Below are positions 11,988-25,569 of a stretch of 64,000 nucleotides of DNA, in pieces. Position 1 is the first letter of the stretch, and every line of letters starts with the position of its first letter. A program made the translations under genes and the position numbers. Below the pieces are notes generated by a model, which worked only from the letters and a program-made list of their open reading frames with translations, searched no databases and had not been told where the DNA came from. This DNA comes from Polymyxa betae A26-41 (taxonomy: Eukaryota > Protista > Endomyxa: Phytomyxea), in contig RBZT01000373.1 in NCBI GenBank assembly GCA_003693705.1, positions 1 through 64,000 of the forward strand, read 5' to 3'.

Positions 11988-14374
11988 TTATAGGCAGGAT
12001 TGAAATTGTTCAATAGAGAAAGGTGGATATTGTCTCTTATATAGATTCATACAGATAGTATCATTATATTTGAGCATACCATTAAATGAACATTTCATAT
12101 AACCATGTGTACCAAGTGGTTCATCAATCTGTCCAACCAAACCCGATTTTGTTGTTAGACCAACAGGCATGAACCAACGAATATCAGATGGACGGAAGAA
12201 CATGTATCTAATAACAATCATTAATATCATGATTATAAACACAAACAATAAAGCAATATGAGAATTAATCATTAAAAACATAGATAGTATAAACATAAAA
12301 TATAGAGATAATTTACCTGACAACAGCACGACGTTTATGTACTCGAATAGGATATCCAGTTAATACAATACGCTTGATAAGTAATCGATTTGGATCAGAA
12401 CCAATATGTGATCCATTAGCAACCATTTGATCATTTTCAAATATTAATGTTGATGCATGACTGAAATCAATACGACTATAACATGATGCAATCGTATAAC
12501 GATTTGGTTGTAAGAATCGTTCAACCCGATGCTTATCACAATTAGGTGTATCTTGAGAGAAGATGGGTTGAGCTGGGAAACGGCGAAATCCAGACGCAAT
12601 CACAACTGATGATTTCGACTTGATTGGTTCAAGAGTTGATGATAATCTTTTGATCTTATAATGCGATACAGATACCTATGATACTCAATTAATTATCAAT
12701 TAATTGTTGATATGAAACAAATGAACTGAATGAGATCGTATGTAATATAATGTCCAACTAACCTGTCTCTCATATATATGTAATGATGATACAATTAGAT
12801 ATGGACGTTGTATCCATTCTTGTATCATCTCCATTGGAACACCAATTACAATCAATTGACAATATGAACCAGCTGATGCTCCATGAGTCTCTTTCGATTC
12901 CATTAAAGCACGTTTCCTGGCAGCTAAATAACTCTCAAATCTAAAGATATGTCCATATTCAATAGGAAGCTCTTCCATTGGATCCCAATATGATGATACA
13001 AAGTTCTGTAGACCTCGATATTTCTGAAATCGAACTCGAGCTTCTTGTTCAATAGGACAATCAACTTCATCAGGAAATTCCAATTCATCACGTTCCATTC
13101 GAAATTTCAATGCCATAGCTACATGATCAGCACCTTCATCTCCTGCTTTTGTTGATGTTGTTGTCATTTCAATATTCATATCATCATCATTATCATTATC
13201 ATCATCAGATATAATAGCTGCTTCCCATGTAGCTTGAACATCAGTTAGACCAACTTGCGACATTAAACGTTCTTTTCTTTCAGCTTGACGTCTGAATTTT
13301 GCCTCTTGTTCACATTCTTGTATTTCTTGTTCAGTAATGATAGATTGTTCATTAGCGAATGGATCCAGTTCACAAAGACCATCTAATGATTGTCTCTGCA
13401 TTGGATCAGCAATGAATTCTTCACCATTTGACATTGTAATGCGATCAAGCTGGAAATCTCCATAACCTGTTACATGAACAAGACGATCTGGAGACCAGAT
13501 CTGACCAGAACCTCGAATATATCCAGATATAGAAACTCTGTTAATTCCATCCATACCAACATTTACTTGAATATTATCACCAAGCATATATGGGCGTAGA
13601 TCTCTCCATCCTATCGATTTCAGGGAAAGATTCTTTAAATGTCGAATTACATCCAAACTCTATAGATCAGGAATTAGCAAATAATAGGAATAAAGTATTA
13701 AATTTACCTTATCAATAGATATGATTTTAGGTTTATCAGGTAGTAAAGTATGCATATATCTCATACATGTCTTCTTAACAATATTTGATGATTTGTTATC
13801 AAGTCCTTGTGTTATAATTAAACAGGTTGGTAATCCTTGAGCTTTCACCATAGTTAATAGTTCTTCACTACTTTCATCAACACCAAATCCATCACTAGAA
13901 TCAGGTCCTGATCTCGGATACACAACAGGAACAACAACATCAGCAACTTTGGACACATCGAGGAATGAGAATGCATCTCTACTAGCTGTATAATAATAAG
14001 AATATAATATACATATCATATTATTGCAATATATCACCTTCAACAAAAGTAAGACCATTGATAGTAACAGGACAATTAAGCATAAGTTGATCAGGATGTG
14101 CACCAGCAGCAATAAGCAGCTGGTTTCTAGCAGATCTAATATCTACCTCAGAATGACATGGTAGTAATGCTATTAAACGTGGACATGATTCTGGTAATTG
14201 AGCACGTTTGCTGACTTTCAGTTTTGATTTACAATTGATAGAAAGGTCGGTTGTGCGAACAATCTCATCAACACGACCTTTTGAGACCTTCTTAATCTTG
14301 CCTTTGGATCTGCCTTTGAAAGCTTTAGGACCTGGTCGATCTGGTCGATGATGATGCTGCTGATCTGCCTTCAT
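11988..14374 (-). CDS. TSR1: Pre-rRNA processing protein TSR1
   Basis: FPDEVDCP..ARVRFQKYRGL..SYWDPMEELP, KRIVLTGYP and EPLGTHGYMKCSF..TICMNLYKRQYP. Confidence 0.95.
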
Positions 14375-14528
14375 GATGACTTCCTTCAAAAAAAAGTCAG
14401 CCAGGTAATGAGGAAATATCTACGGACTCCGTGACGGATCTCGACGTTTTTCTTTGTTTTATCCAACAAAAGTGTATTTTTACAAATAGTCAATTGTAAT
14501 TGCAAGTTGATAGATTGGGTGATGGATC

Positions 14529-15062
14529 TTACATAATGCCAGGCATGAACATAGCTGTTCTTGGTGTACGAATATCTCGTGTACCAAATCCTCCCATACG
14601 ATATCCCATTGGTCCAGGTCCTGCTCCATATCCACCATATCCTAATCCTATACCTGGTCTATAGAATGGCTTCTTATACATCATTGTTCCATAATCATCT
14701 TCAACTGTTACAGTTGTTCTTGGAAATCCATCTACAGCATCAATCACTGTTTCTTCTCGTTTGCTTGCCCTGCTGTCATGCTTAACGCTATGACGAAATT
14801 GGTTTGGTGTTTCAACAATGATTTCCTCGGGTCCAGAAGGCGGTGATCTTGCTAATGGAGGTGGTGGAATGTAAGGTCCTGATGCATATAATGGACTAAA
14901 TCCTGTTGGTTCTAATGGTGTTGGTCCTGGTCCACCTATTAATCCTGTAGGGCCTGATGGAGCTCCTGGACTAAAGCCCAGGTTAGGCTCCAATCCCATC
15001 GACAACGCATGCGTCATGAATGTAATCGCCAGAATAGTAATCAGCATGATTGATGTGCACAT
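14529..15062 (-). CDS. Secreted Pro/Gly-rich small protein
   Basis: Single exon with signal peptide MLITILAITFMTHALS, a P/G-rich body and a GYGGYG tail. Confidence 0.7.
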   Translation of the reverse strand: MCTSIMLITILAITFMTHALSMGLEPNLGFSPGAPSGPTGLIGGPGPTPLEPTGFSPLYASGPYIPPPPLARSPPSGPEEIIVETPNQFRHSVKHDSRASKREETVIDAVDGFPRTTVTVEDDYGTMMYKKPFYRPGIGLGYGGYGAGPGPMGYRMGGFGTRDIRTPRTAMFMPGIM

Positions 15063-15331
15063 TAATTACGAATATGAAGATCAACAGATTGTTGCAGGGA
15101 ACCTCATTGTTGTTCTTCCACAAATACCATCCTCCGACCATAAACACTTTTATTGACGTATTTCGGAGACTTCGAATTCTTAAGAGAATCTGAGCGTCTG
15201 TATAGTTTCCTCAATGTTAAAGGCCTCTGATCTCCACTGCTAATATAGGCTGGTTAATGTAGTACTATGAACAAAATTGCCACTTTATAAAACATCGCGA
15301 ATACTGGGGTTGTTCTTGTAATAATATCTAG

Positions 15332-16500
15332 AATGGCGGCCAATTCGCAAGGCGAGTCTTTGAATGTGACAGGTATTCGTGCTGGTTTCCATCAAGAACC
15401 AATCCTTGCTCAGTAATCTTACGATCTTTGTCAAATCTTCAATGAATTAAGGTCGCGGGCCTCCTTTTACCCAGTTATTTTAATGAACAAAAAGGAGAGA
15501 ACAAGGAGTGGATGCCTGACATTTGAACCAGCCTCTGAGGACTTCTAATATTCGATATCGAATTATGAGATATTAATTGTGGTGCTCCAGCAGCTCTGCA
15601 AGATAAAAGGGTCCAAATTTGGAGCGATTCTTTCAGAATATGTCGATCGCTTAACACATTTTCATGGATCGAATCGAAAATTGCTCTTTTTAAAGACGAA
15701 GAAGCTGATCTTTCCGTACATCATGAACCGGCTTTTGCCATTATCATCAACGAGTTGGATGGATAGTCAACCTTTGCTGAATCCTGGAAGTATTTTCAGT
15801 AAGCAGTGTGCTTTTTGTGTGGCATTAGCTGGATTATTTTTAAACACCGCTTCATTGGAGTCCGATATCTCGATTTTGGGCTGAGAGAAAGATAATACCA
15901 CAGGTCACTCACTGATCTGTCTTTTTAATTTGAAGGCATCCTGCAAACGAAACAGTTTCACAAGCACTTAAGACTGTGATCTTGTTGATATATCATCGTT
16001 GATAAATTGTCAGTAAAGTAGGTTTTATGATTTGTACACAAAACACATCGAAACAACGTAATGGAAACCCAACAGCCTTAGATGCCATTGGAAGGCGCGA
16101 TTACGACAATTTCATTATTGCACAATGCCGAAAATAATGCAGCTGTGGTGCCCAACTTGGCGTATTTTCGCTAAATTCGGCAAACGCCGATACTATGGAG
16201 CCTGGCATGTCTATTTATAAAGTCAGGAACAGTTTAGCAATCAGACCATTAATATAGCTTATCATTTATCTGATCAATTCATAAGATTCTTTATGCATCG
16301 AATTCTAATGTTGTAAGTGTTGAAACAAATTGTTCGAAATGGTCTTTGGCGATTGTATATGAGAGGCTGTATACTAACAATACTTCGAATACAGTAACCA
16401 GCAGTTAAAGTTCTCCTGTTGCTCACACAATTTTATTGCTGTTCGATCGTGAAAGGAAATTTTACTAAAAGCTTTGACAAAGTAATATATGTTGAGAGAT
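15332..16500 (+). CDS. Unresolved multi-exon gene or relic, weakly UBE3D (HECT_2)-like
   Basis: Fragments RLLPLSSTSW, CSCGAQLG..IYK and AVKVL, with many splice-like sites. I could not build an uninterrupted model. Confidence 0.2.
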
Positions 16501-16580
16501 GACACCATAATGCGACCCTCTTTGTCTCATATTGTTCATGTATCTCTGTTCTATCTTACTATTGTATAGACAGTAGTCAT

Positions 16581-18171
16581 ATGTGTAGGCTGCTGGTCTA
16601 TAAAGGGCTTAATCATCAGCCCGAGCTCCTCTCCAAGTAATGATCTTGTCTTGTCTCGAGCTTAAAAAAGCCAACATCTTCAACAGTCTAATCACCAGAC
16701 CTGAACATTCCATTATCAAGCAATCATATCAATGCAGAGAGAGACAAGAAGGTATTAGTTTCTCTTGCTCTGAGCGAAAATCTAATAGTCAATTGTAGGA
16801 GCCCATATGTAGGTCTCCAAGAAACTATAGCAGCGTGATTTCAGTTTCTTTAGGCCTGGTGCATTAAATGCTGACGGATTCGGAATTGGGTAAAGTTGTT
16901 GTAGGAATACTTTCTTACTGATCACTGAATCTACTATGTAGATGGTATACTCCAAAGGTTTACACCAACTTTAATGTTGAAGCTAGAGTTGAGAATTGTT
17001 AGATCGATCCGACGCCCTGCGTCTTCACATCAACGCTGCCAGCTTGGAACAATCGCAATCTGAACAGGATCTGTACAAAGATCAGTTCATCTTTGATATT
17101 CGCTCATGTTCGTGCTGCTGGCCTGGGATCTCCAATTACGGAATCAAACTGCCACCCGTAATTTTTTGGGCAGTATTCCCTGTCACAAGAATTCATATAC
17201 TCTACAGGTTTATAGCAGGAAGGTTCATGTTTATGCACAATGGTAGCTCTGTTTATAATTTCAGAGACGGTTGTTTCACTCGCCCACTTTATAAAATCAG
17301 GTCATGTTGGTGAATTCTCGAGATTGAAAAGAAAATTAGTCGCATCTTTAAGCGAAGCTGCCTTCCAGATCATTGAAGGTATATTCTACAGATCTATTTT
17401 AAAAGCATTCTTGAATCTGTTAGGAACCACCGATTCTGAGCACTGCTTCGCGTTATATTTGGATGAACTATCACAAATCACGAAACTGCATGGGAATAGC
17501 GATATCGCAGCTAATGGCTTCTTGAGCAATGAATGTGTTCTTCCTCAATATCTTTTAGATGCAATGTAAAACTTATGAGAATTGAGTTTATCGGCTTTTG
17601 ACCAGATCTTGATTAGGAAGAATACATTGAAGCGCCTTAAAGAGTTGCGAATCGAATGTGGTATAACAGAACATTCCTATCTTAATTTTGCAGGTTTCAT
17701 TTTTCAAGGCGTTGTTATGATCTAATTAATTAGTTGATAGTCACGGATGGTGAAAGCGTTGTGATTACTCGAGTTATCGATGACGATAGCAAAACAAAGA
17801 AGGCTGCTACTATGTACTTTAGGTAGGAAATTATTTTATATTTTGAATCTTGAATACTGGATATTTATATGTCGATAGCTCCGGTACCACATTTAAATGC
17901 AACACGAAGGGCAATTATACGATGGCCCAACGAGATAGACGAGAAGTTAGTCTGGAAAACATGTCTCTTCAAGTACTTATTTAGGCAGGAAGTCGTAATC
18001 GTAGCATCCGAACGTTTGACAAGCGTTGAGGAAGACTGGGTAGTTTATTATGAATGAAAGTTAATACTCTGACTATTGCTGATACAGATGGAAGTACCTC
18101 AGAACTCTATCATGGTCATTACATCCAGGCTAAATGTTGTCACATTGGAATTTTTTCGCAGTAGGCTCTAA
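16581..18171 (+). CDS. Class II glutamine amidotransferase, DUG3/YafJ/EgtC-like
   Basis: MCRLLVYKG (N-terminal Cys nucleophile), NADGFGIGWY, PAWNNRNL, FAHVRAA, NCHPF, FMHNG, GTTDSEH, LNFAVTDG and VASERLT. Confidence 0.9.
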
Positions 18172-18359
18172 ATTATGCTATAGGTTCTCACAATGTCTGT
18201 GGATTAAATGTTCAAATTGTTTTATCTACCTATTCATTATCAACAATGAGTTATAGCAACAAATGAAGATATCGTCTGGGCTTTATGCTCAGTAATTATA
18301 TTGTATAAAGACGCTATCGGAATCATTTTTCGATCTTCAGGAGAAAATTTCTCAATTTT

Positions 18360-18472
18360 NNNNNNNNNNNNNNNNNNNNNNNNNNNNNNNNNNNNNNNNN
18401 NNNNNNNNNNNNNNNNNNNNNNNNNNNNNNNNNNNNNNNNNNNNNNNNNNNNNNNNNNNNNNNNNNNNNNNN
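18360..18472. other. Assembly gap (113 N)
   Basis: Run of N. Confidence 1.
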
Positions 18473-18534
18473 GATGACTTTCTGATTATTAATTAATACG
18501 GAGTTGTGGAGTGAGATTCGTTATTTAATTAATC

Positions 18535-20036
18535 ATGGGTAAAGGAGAAGGCGGCTTTCTGACGCCCAAGGCCATTGCTAACCGCATTAAGGTCTCAAAA
18601 TGGTCCTTTCAAACCTGGCTGGCTTATCGATTCTGTTGATAGGCCAAAGGACTCAATAAGCTTCGATGGTATTGTCAGATGTGCCAGAAGTCCTGTAGAG
18701 ATGAGAATGGCTTTAAGGTCAGTATCCTTTCATAGCTTACAACTATGAGTTATTATAAATTTTCAAAATGTATTGATACTTCTCTTATCCATTACCAGTG
18801 TCATTGTATGTCAGAATCGCATCTTCGTCAGATGGCATTATTTCGTGAACGTCCTAACCAAATGATGGGCGATTTTTCACGACAGTTTGAAAATGGATTC
18901 GTTCGTATTTTGAAAATCAGGTTTCTATTTTTGTTTAATGGCTCTTGCTAATATTTAAATGACTTTCTTAGAGGTAAATCTCGAGTTTTGGCGAATTCCA
19001 TTTACCAAGAATACATCGCCGATCGTCATCATGTTCATATGAAATCAACACAATGGGAGACGCTTTCCAGTTTCGTTCAGTATCTCGGCAGAACAGGTCA
19101 AGCTGAAGTCGACGAGAATGAGAGGGGCTGGTTCGTCAAGTATATCGATCGAGACCCGAAAGTACTGCAAACATGTTTTTTGATGCAATGCTAAGCTTTC
19201 TTCAGACCCTTGCTCAGCGTGAAGCCGACGAACGTAATAAAAAGCAGGCAGTCGACGATGTCCAGCTAAAAGAGCGGATGCTGGAAAGACAAATTGAAGA
19301 GGCAAAGCAGCTTCAACTCGAAACAGAAGGTATTCATTGGGTTTAGTCAGTTTTTAATCAACTGAAGCTTCGGTAGTGGCACCTACGCAACTGGAGCGAC
19401 ATGAAGAAGATGACAAAATTGGGTTCGCTATTCCATCTGTTCCAGAGCCTCAAGCGCAATCAAGTTTGTTGATAGCTGCTTTGTCTCAATTTGTTTTAAA
19501 ATACTATCTGTATAGGGCCAGCTGTGAACGTTTTTCAGAATGTGTCTTCCAATGGTTCGCATTCACAGAAAGAGTCGCGCCAGAAACGTTCTGCTGTTGA
19601 GACATTGATGGAGGAGATACAGGCCAAGCAGCGCCGTGTTGATATTTGGGTAGCCAAAGGCCTATTTGTCAAAATTAAGAACAAAAAACTGAAAGATGGG
19701 GTCTTTTATAAGAAGGTGCAACAAAATTTTATGTGGAATCCCCGAATTATACTGAATGGCAAGCAGAAAGGAGAAATTATTGACGTGATCGAACCGAGTA
19801 TCGCCCGGGTCCAGCTCTCAGATGATGATAGACCCATTCTTCGTATTGATCAGTCTGAGTTAGAAACAGTGATTCCAGCGATTGGTGGACAGGTTAAGAT
19901 CGTTGGTGGAGATCGCCAACGGGGTAAAGTCGGTTATCTGGCATCCATCGAAGAAGATTCGTATTCGGCTACAATCAGATTTGGGTCTACATTGATTCCT
20001 GGATTTGCATATGATCATATTTGTAAAACTGTCTAG
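18535..20036 (+). CDS. KIN: DNA/RNA-binding protein KIN17
   Basis: TPKAIANRIKAKGLNKLRWYCQMCQKSCRDENGFKCHCMSESHLRQM, HVHMKSTQW and C-terminal ELETVIP KOW repeats. Confidence 0.96.
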
Positions 20037-20121
20037 TATATTAGATATGGTGGATGTATTCTAGCAAAGGAGTCTCTTCCACCTTCAACAAACGATCGAC
20101 AGCACTGTCTAAATCTTTGTG

Positions 20122-21081
20122 TTAAGGGCTAATGCTCTCCTCCACTTGTAAACTGGAGTTATCTTTGGTAGGAGACGGCGGCATCTTGAGCGACTTGCCA
20201 ATGCCCTCCGGCAATAAATTATCGTCTACATCTGCTTCTTCAGCAACGACGACATCTGGTAGTGATGGTGCACCACCTGACATTAAGCTGTTGGTGGTAT
20301 CTTCCAAACCGAAAGGTAATGTTTGGAACATCTCTGATTTGTTCTTTCTTCGGATTCTGGTGCAAGCAGCACACCTGCAAATTCCAGCACAGGATGGGCA
20401 GATCCATCCAGGGCGTTTAGAATTCGCGATCGAATCGCCATAACATTTAGCCAAACAGCCATCACAATACTTCTTCCGGCAATGACGTTTATCTTGTCGT
20501 GACCGCCTATTGAATAAATTTGAGCAGAACGCCAGATGATCCAAGCTGCGAGCATTCTTGCATTGATGGCATGATGTCCCCCGATAAGCTCGTTCCGGTT
20601 GTGACGTGATCGTCTCTTCACCTGGATGTTGCTGTTGTGGTTGAAGTGGTTGTGGCTCGAAGCCAGCAGGAAATGACATAACTGGATTAACAGATGATAG
20701 TGGGATCGGTGAAGGTCCTAAATCAGAACCCAAAGCTGGTCGTCCAGCAACAATAACGGGAAATATTGAAGGGACCAAGGAAGAATCCTCTTTATCCGAT
20801 ACAAAAATCGGATCAAATGGCCGCTTCTTGATATCACAGATAAAAGATATCACAGGTTTCTGCAGAAATGGATTGAAGATGGCGGTGGTTGGATTGGGAA
20901 AGACGGTCTCCCCTGTCTCCAGAGTAATACCACTGTCCAGCGACTCCATGGTTAGCTTCTTCATTAAGGTCTGTCGTTCTACAAGGGCGCCTTGTTCATC
21001 GACAAACCGAATGGCAACATCTTCAACTCCAGCCTGTCGGGTAAGCGCCAGGATCTCATTCCAGAGCTTTTTGATGTTCAT
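20122..21081 (-). CDS. zf-4CXXC_R1 zinc-finger protein
   Basis: SCHQCK...KYCDGCLAKCYG...WICPSCAGICRCAAC. Confidence 0.85.
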   Translation of the reverse strand: MNIKKLWNEILALTRQAGVEDVAIRFVDEQGALVERQTLMKKLTMESLDSGITLETGETVFPNPTTAIFNPFLQKPVISFICDIKKRPFDPIFVSDKEDSSLVPSIFPVIVAGRPALGSDLGPSPIPLSSVNPVMSFPAGFEPQPLQPQQQHPGEETITSQPERAYRGTSCHQCKNARSLDHLAFCSNLFNRRSRQDKRHCRKKYCDGCLAKCYGDSIANSKRPGWICPSCAGICRCAACTRIRRKNKSEMFQTLPFGLEDTTNSLMSGGAPSLPDVVVAEEADVDDNLLPEGIGKSLKMPPSPTKDNSSLQVEESISP

Positions 21082-21582
21082 GCTGAAACAATTTCAATGA
21101 CGATGTCGTGACTGAAGGGCGCACTTTTATTGAATGACTCGGTCGAATTAATTTAATCACACTGAATAATCTTTCCATGTAACATTATCACCATACATTT
21201 CTATCTTTCATTTCTTTCATATCGTCCATCTTGTGGTAGGTGTCATTTCAATCATGAACTGAAGCCCGATTCTAAAGCCTATCGCATGCATCGGGTTAAA
21301 ATCTTTCTTCGTGAATTTTTTGTGAATCCGGGCAGAATCTCCAGTCTTGTTAACTGTATATTCCTGTCCGCGTTTCTGTTTCATACAACATGTGCCTTTC
21401 ACTGTAATATGTTTAAAGTTATATATTGTGCAGCATACGTTTACTAATGAACACTTGCTAAATGCAATGATGAAGTTTATGAATATGTTTGTACATGGAA
21501 GTAAACTTCATACGCTGTTTAACGAGGCCATCATAGGCTTCATAGCCCATATAGTATTAGAATTTCCTGCATCCGACTTCAT

Positions 21583-22338
21583 ATGCCATTCTCATACATA
21601 CCACCACAGAATTTCGGTTGGACATTGAGCCCGTTGTCTATTCAACTGCCAATACTTCGAGTGATAGGTCTGGTTGCCGAAAACTTGTACAGATCAGGTG
21701 AGCCCAATGGGCTGAACTTGCCTTTCCTGGAACGATTACAGTTGAAAACGATTATATATCTGGCACCTGATGAACCATCACGTCTATTGTAATCGTAATG
21801 AATGCTCTCGTTTAACAATACCTTCTTATCATTTGTGTTTTACAGACTCAATTTTGTCGATGATCAAGATATCAACTTTCTACATCTTGGTCGTGAAGGC
21901 ACTAAAACTCCATGGAAGACAGTGTTAGATGATCTGTTGATATCTGATTATGCCTTATCATCATGTTGTTAGATCCGAAGAAGTCGTACTGGCCGTCCTG
22001 GACAAAATCTTGGATATAAACAGCTATCCATTGCTTGTGATGTGTCATCTTGGTCGACACCGAACTGGAACGGTTCTTGGTTGTCTTCGAAAAGTGCAAA
22101 GGTTGTTGTTTGTAGTAATGATCTATAGCCATAATCATCGAATTACTCAGGTGGAATCTGGCATCGATTTTTGAGGAGTATCGTCGTTATGCTGGCAATA
22201 AGGTATTGTTCAATGAAGAATGTTGAGATTTGGTTGATACTGGTTTAGGTGCGATTAATGAACGAACAGTTCATAGAACTATTTGACACTGATCTCGTAC
22301 GAATTCCTGCTAATCCTCCATCCTGGCTTTATATCTAA
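21583..22338 (+). CDS. OCA1/SIW14-family (PFA-DSP) phosphatase
   Basis: IPPQNFGLVAENLYRSGEP, YPLLVMCHLGRHRTGTVLGCLRK, EEYRRYAG and NEQFIELFD. Confidence 0.9.
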
Positions 22339-22453
22339 CTTAATCAATATTCCATCAGCGAAATTCGATTTTGAGATGTCGTCATCGGAACTCATTTTAT
22401 CAGTGATTATCTATATTAACTAGGCAACTACTGAAGTTATGACCCTCAGCGTT

Positions 22454-25400
22454 TTATATTGGTCTGATGATTTTCTTCTCATTAGTTGCATAATCAGCAG
22501 CGACTTTGGCTTTCATTCGAAGCTGAAATAATTCTCTCTCTTGTTCTGCGCTGAGCCTAATTGTCTCGGCTTTAACTTCCTTTTCAATGTTTGTGTTTGA
22601 TGATGGTATTGGTTTTAAGAGTCGATTCTCATTATTCAGGATTGGCTTGACAGCTGGAATCGATTGCTGGTTTTTGATCTCTTTGAAATTAAGGGTTTTG
22701 GCATTGCTAGATACAGTAGGATCTCGTCTTTCTAAGATCATTCTTTGACGTTGACGAACGATCTCTAGGCGATCAGTCTCCATTCTTCGCCTTTCCTCTT
22801 CAACGAAAGTTCGCAGTTCTTCGATTGTAGTCCTCTCAGATTTGATTTTTACCTTTTCTTGTTCAACTTCTTGCTTTATCCTTTTTGATTCTGCTATATC
22901 AGATTGAGCTTGCCGATAAGCCAATGCTACAGCCTCGGATTGAGATCGAATTTTCTCGCCAAATTTCTGTATATCGGCCATTCGCGCAGACAACTGTCTT
23001 CGTTGCTCGACTAAATTTGCTGAAACTTGCTCTGTTTTCTGCTTTTCTTGCTCCATTTCCGTCCTTAACTGATACAGAGTTTACTCGTCATTATCTGATG
23101 ACAACTTTTAAAGGATCAGCATACCTTTGCTGCGATCTCACGATCTCTTCGAATGATTTCTCCTTCAGATATCACCATTTGATGCGCTTGAGCAAATGCA
23201 CGTTGTCCAGCACTTTCAGCAGCTTGCGCTTCGTTAGCCTTAGCTTGTGCCTTATCACGTAAAAATGCGATTTCAGCTTGGTTTGCTGCAACTTCCAACT
23301 TCCAGTCTTTTACGGCTCTGTCGAAAGTTCTTTTCTCCTGAAATGCACAACTGTAAGACTGACAAACATTCAGAATCTATCCTAAATTTGACCTCTTGCA
23401 AAGCAGCACGTTCATTAGCAATTTGAGCTTTCAAGCTTGAAGATTCGCTCATAAGGAACTCCTGCAGGGCTTCTAGTCTTACTTCTTCTTGATGCAATCT
23501 CCCTCTCTCTGCATCATGCTCTCTTCGTAAACTTTCAAATGTCGCTATCACCTAAGAACGATTTTTAGCTATGATTAGGCAGATAACAAACACTCACATT
23601 TGTATGTCGTTTAATCTCTTCTTGCAGTTTTCGTTCGCGCTCGATTAGAACCTTTTCTCGGGCATCGGCATCAGATCGTCGCTGTTGGTCTGCACGTGTT
23701 ATTTCTTCTCGAACTTCTCTTTGTATACCCTCGACGGTTACTGCTGATCGACTCACAGCTTCTGACATTGAGATAATCTTATGTTCATCACCATGCTGAC
23801 GTTTAATCGCCGCAATCTCCATCTCATGCATTCGCTTTAAGCTGTCTATTGCTTCTTGCTGTAATCTTTCCTTGGTTGCTATTGATGCTTGCTGGATAAT
23901 GTTGATATGTTCTATGGCTGCTTTAATCTTTCTCTCTTCCTCAATTCGAATCTTAATCATAAATGAATCGAAGCAGAGAGAAGACATGAACTATACTACC
24001 TGAACTTCACGTTCATTCGTGGCTTTTGTGTGAGCCAGCAGCTGTTCTTGGTGATCAGCTGCTGCTGCTTTTAATTGAACCTTTAATCCTTCTACTTCAG
24101 ATTCCAACTCTTTGATCGTTCGTTTCGCTCTTGATAAATCGGAATTGAATTGGGCTATCTGGTTTGCTGTAGCTGCTTCTTGTATTTGCGATACAATGGT
24201 ATTTCTGCCTGGGTTAATAGATTCTTGATCCGATCTTAAAGGCTCTATCGAGTCCCAAATAGATGCAGTCTGGAAACTCGGGACTGTTGAGGTTCCATTC
24301 GGTGATGGTTCTGACAAAACCATTGAAGCAGATTTAGTTATAAGGGCCGGTTGTAAAACAGAATTAGCTGATCTCGATTGGGTTGAAAATTCAGCAGATT
24401 CTGTTAGATTGGGAGCATTCAAAGATTTCGAAACTGTCTCAGTAATTGCAGGAGCAGGGAATTTAGATGATTGTGTCACTGTGATTTCTTGCTGCTGCGG
24501 TTGAATCATAATTTCATTCATTGTTGGAGTTGGCAACTCAACAGGACGATCGCTTTGTGTACTTCTGACCGGCGAATCTTCAATTTTATTTGTAGCTGAT
24601 GTACGCGCCCTTCTACCTGCTCTTGCCTGAAGGGGGATTGCACGCTGAGTATTATTTGCTGTAGGAACATATCCAGTTTCTATTTCTGCAGATGGCGATG
24701 CGTTGTGCTTCGCCTGCAATTGGTTCGACAACGGTATCTTGGAGTCGTTCGTCCTCGTTTCTGAATGTGATCCATTTGCTGGGAGCTGCATTCTACCAGA
24801 TTTCGTTCCTGAAGAAGACGATGACGATCTATTATGAATTGGGTCTGGTTTGTCATCGAGCCCGGCAAGGAAATCATCATCGGAAGACTGAAACCAAGAA
24901 TTACTGCAATATAGATATATTGGCATCAATAATTCTTACGAAATCAGAATTGACTGGTTTTGGATTAGATTCGGGAACCTGGTCGGGTTTCTGCTCTTTC
25001 TTATCTAAACGAAAGATTAGCTCAATGAATAGTATTCAGGACATCAGGACCTGATCGACCAAGCAGCATGTTTAATGATGTCTCAGCCTCTGCTTCTTCT
25101 TGAGCTAGAATACGCAGAGCCTCATCGCGAGACGAGGTATCAGATATCGCAGGTTCTGCGGCTGTCTTCGACGACAGTTCTTTTCCAACTTTCTTCTTCT
25201 TTCGAGGTTTCCGAGTGGGTTTCGAATCGGTGACTACATTAACAGGATTCACAACCTTTGGTCCAGCTAAACCTCCAAATAAATCTTCATCCAATGCGCT
25301 GACCCAAAGTTTATCTTCGAGTTATGACAATTGATTTATATGCTTTACCTAACCCCATTTGCAGATTTCGGAGCAACAACTGGTTTTGGTGTTGCATTAT

Positions 25401-25569
25401 CAGATAAACTAGAACGTCTTGATCCAGCAGATATCTGTCTACTCGGGGAAGGTTTCACATTGCTAGCCTGACGAGAAAGTCGAGCTGAGTTCACAGGTTT
25501 CTCATCATCGGAGTCAGTAAACAGAAGAGCATTCAACTGATCATCATCAATATCATCTGTTTGATCCAT
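22454..25569 (-). CDS. Large protein with disordered N-terminus and long coiled coil, possibly FBF1-like
   Basis: Seven spliceable exons. Acidic DDxL/FxxL motifs are followed by about 450 aa of coiled coil. The family call rests on architecture only. Confidence 0.6.
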
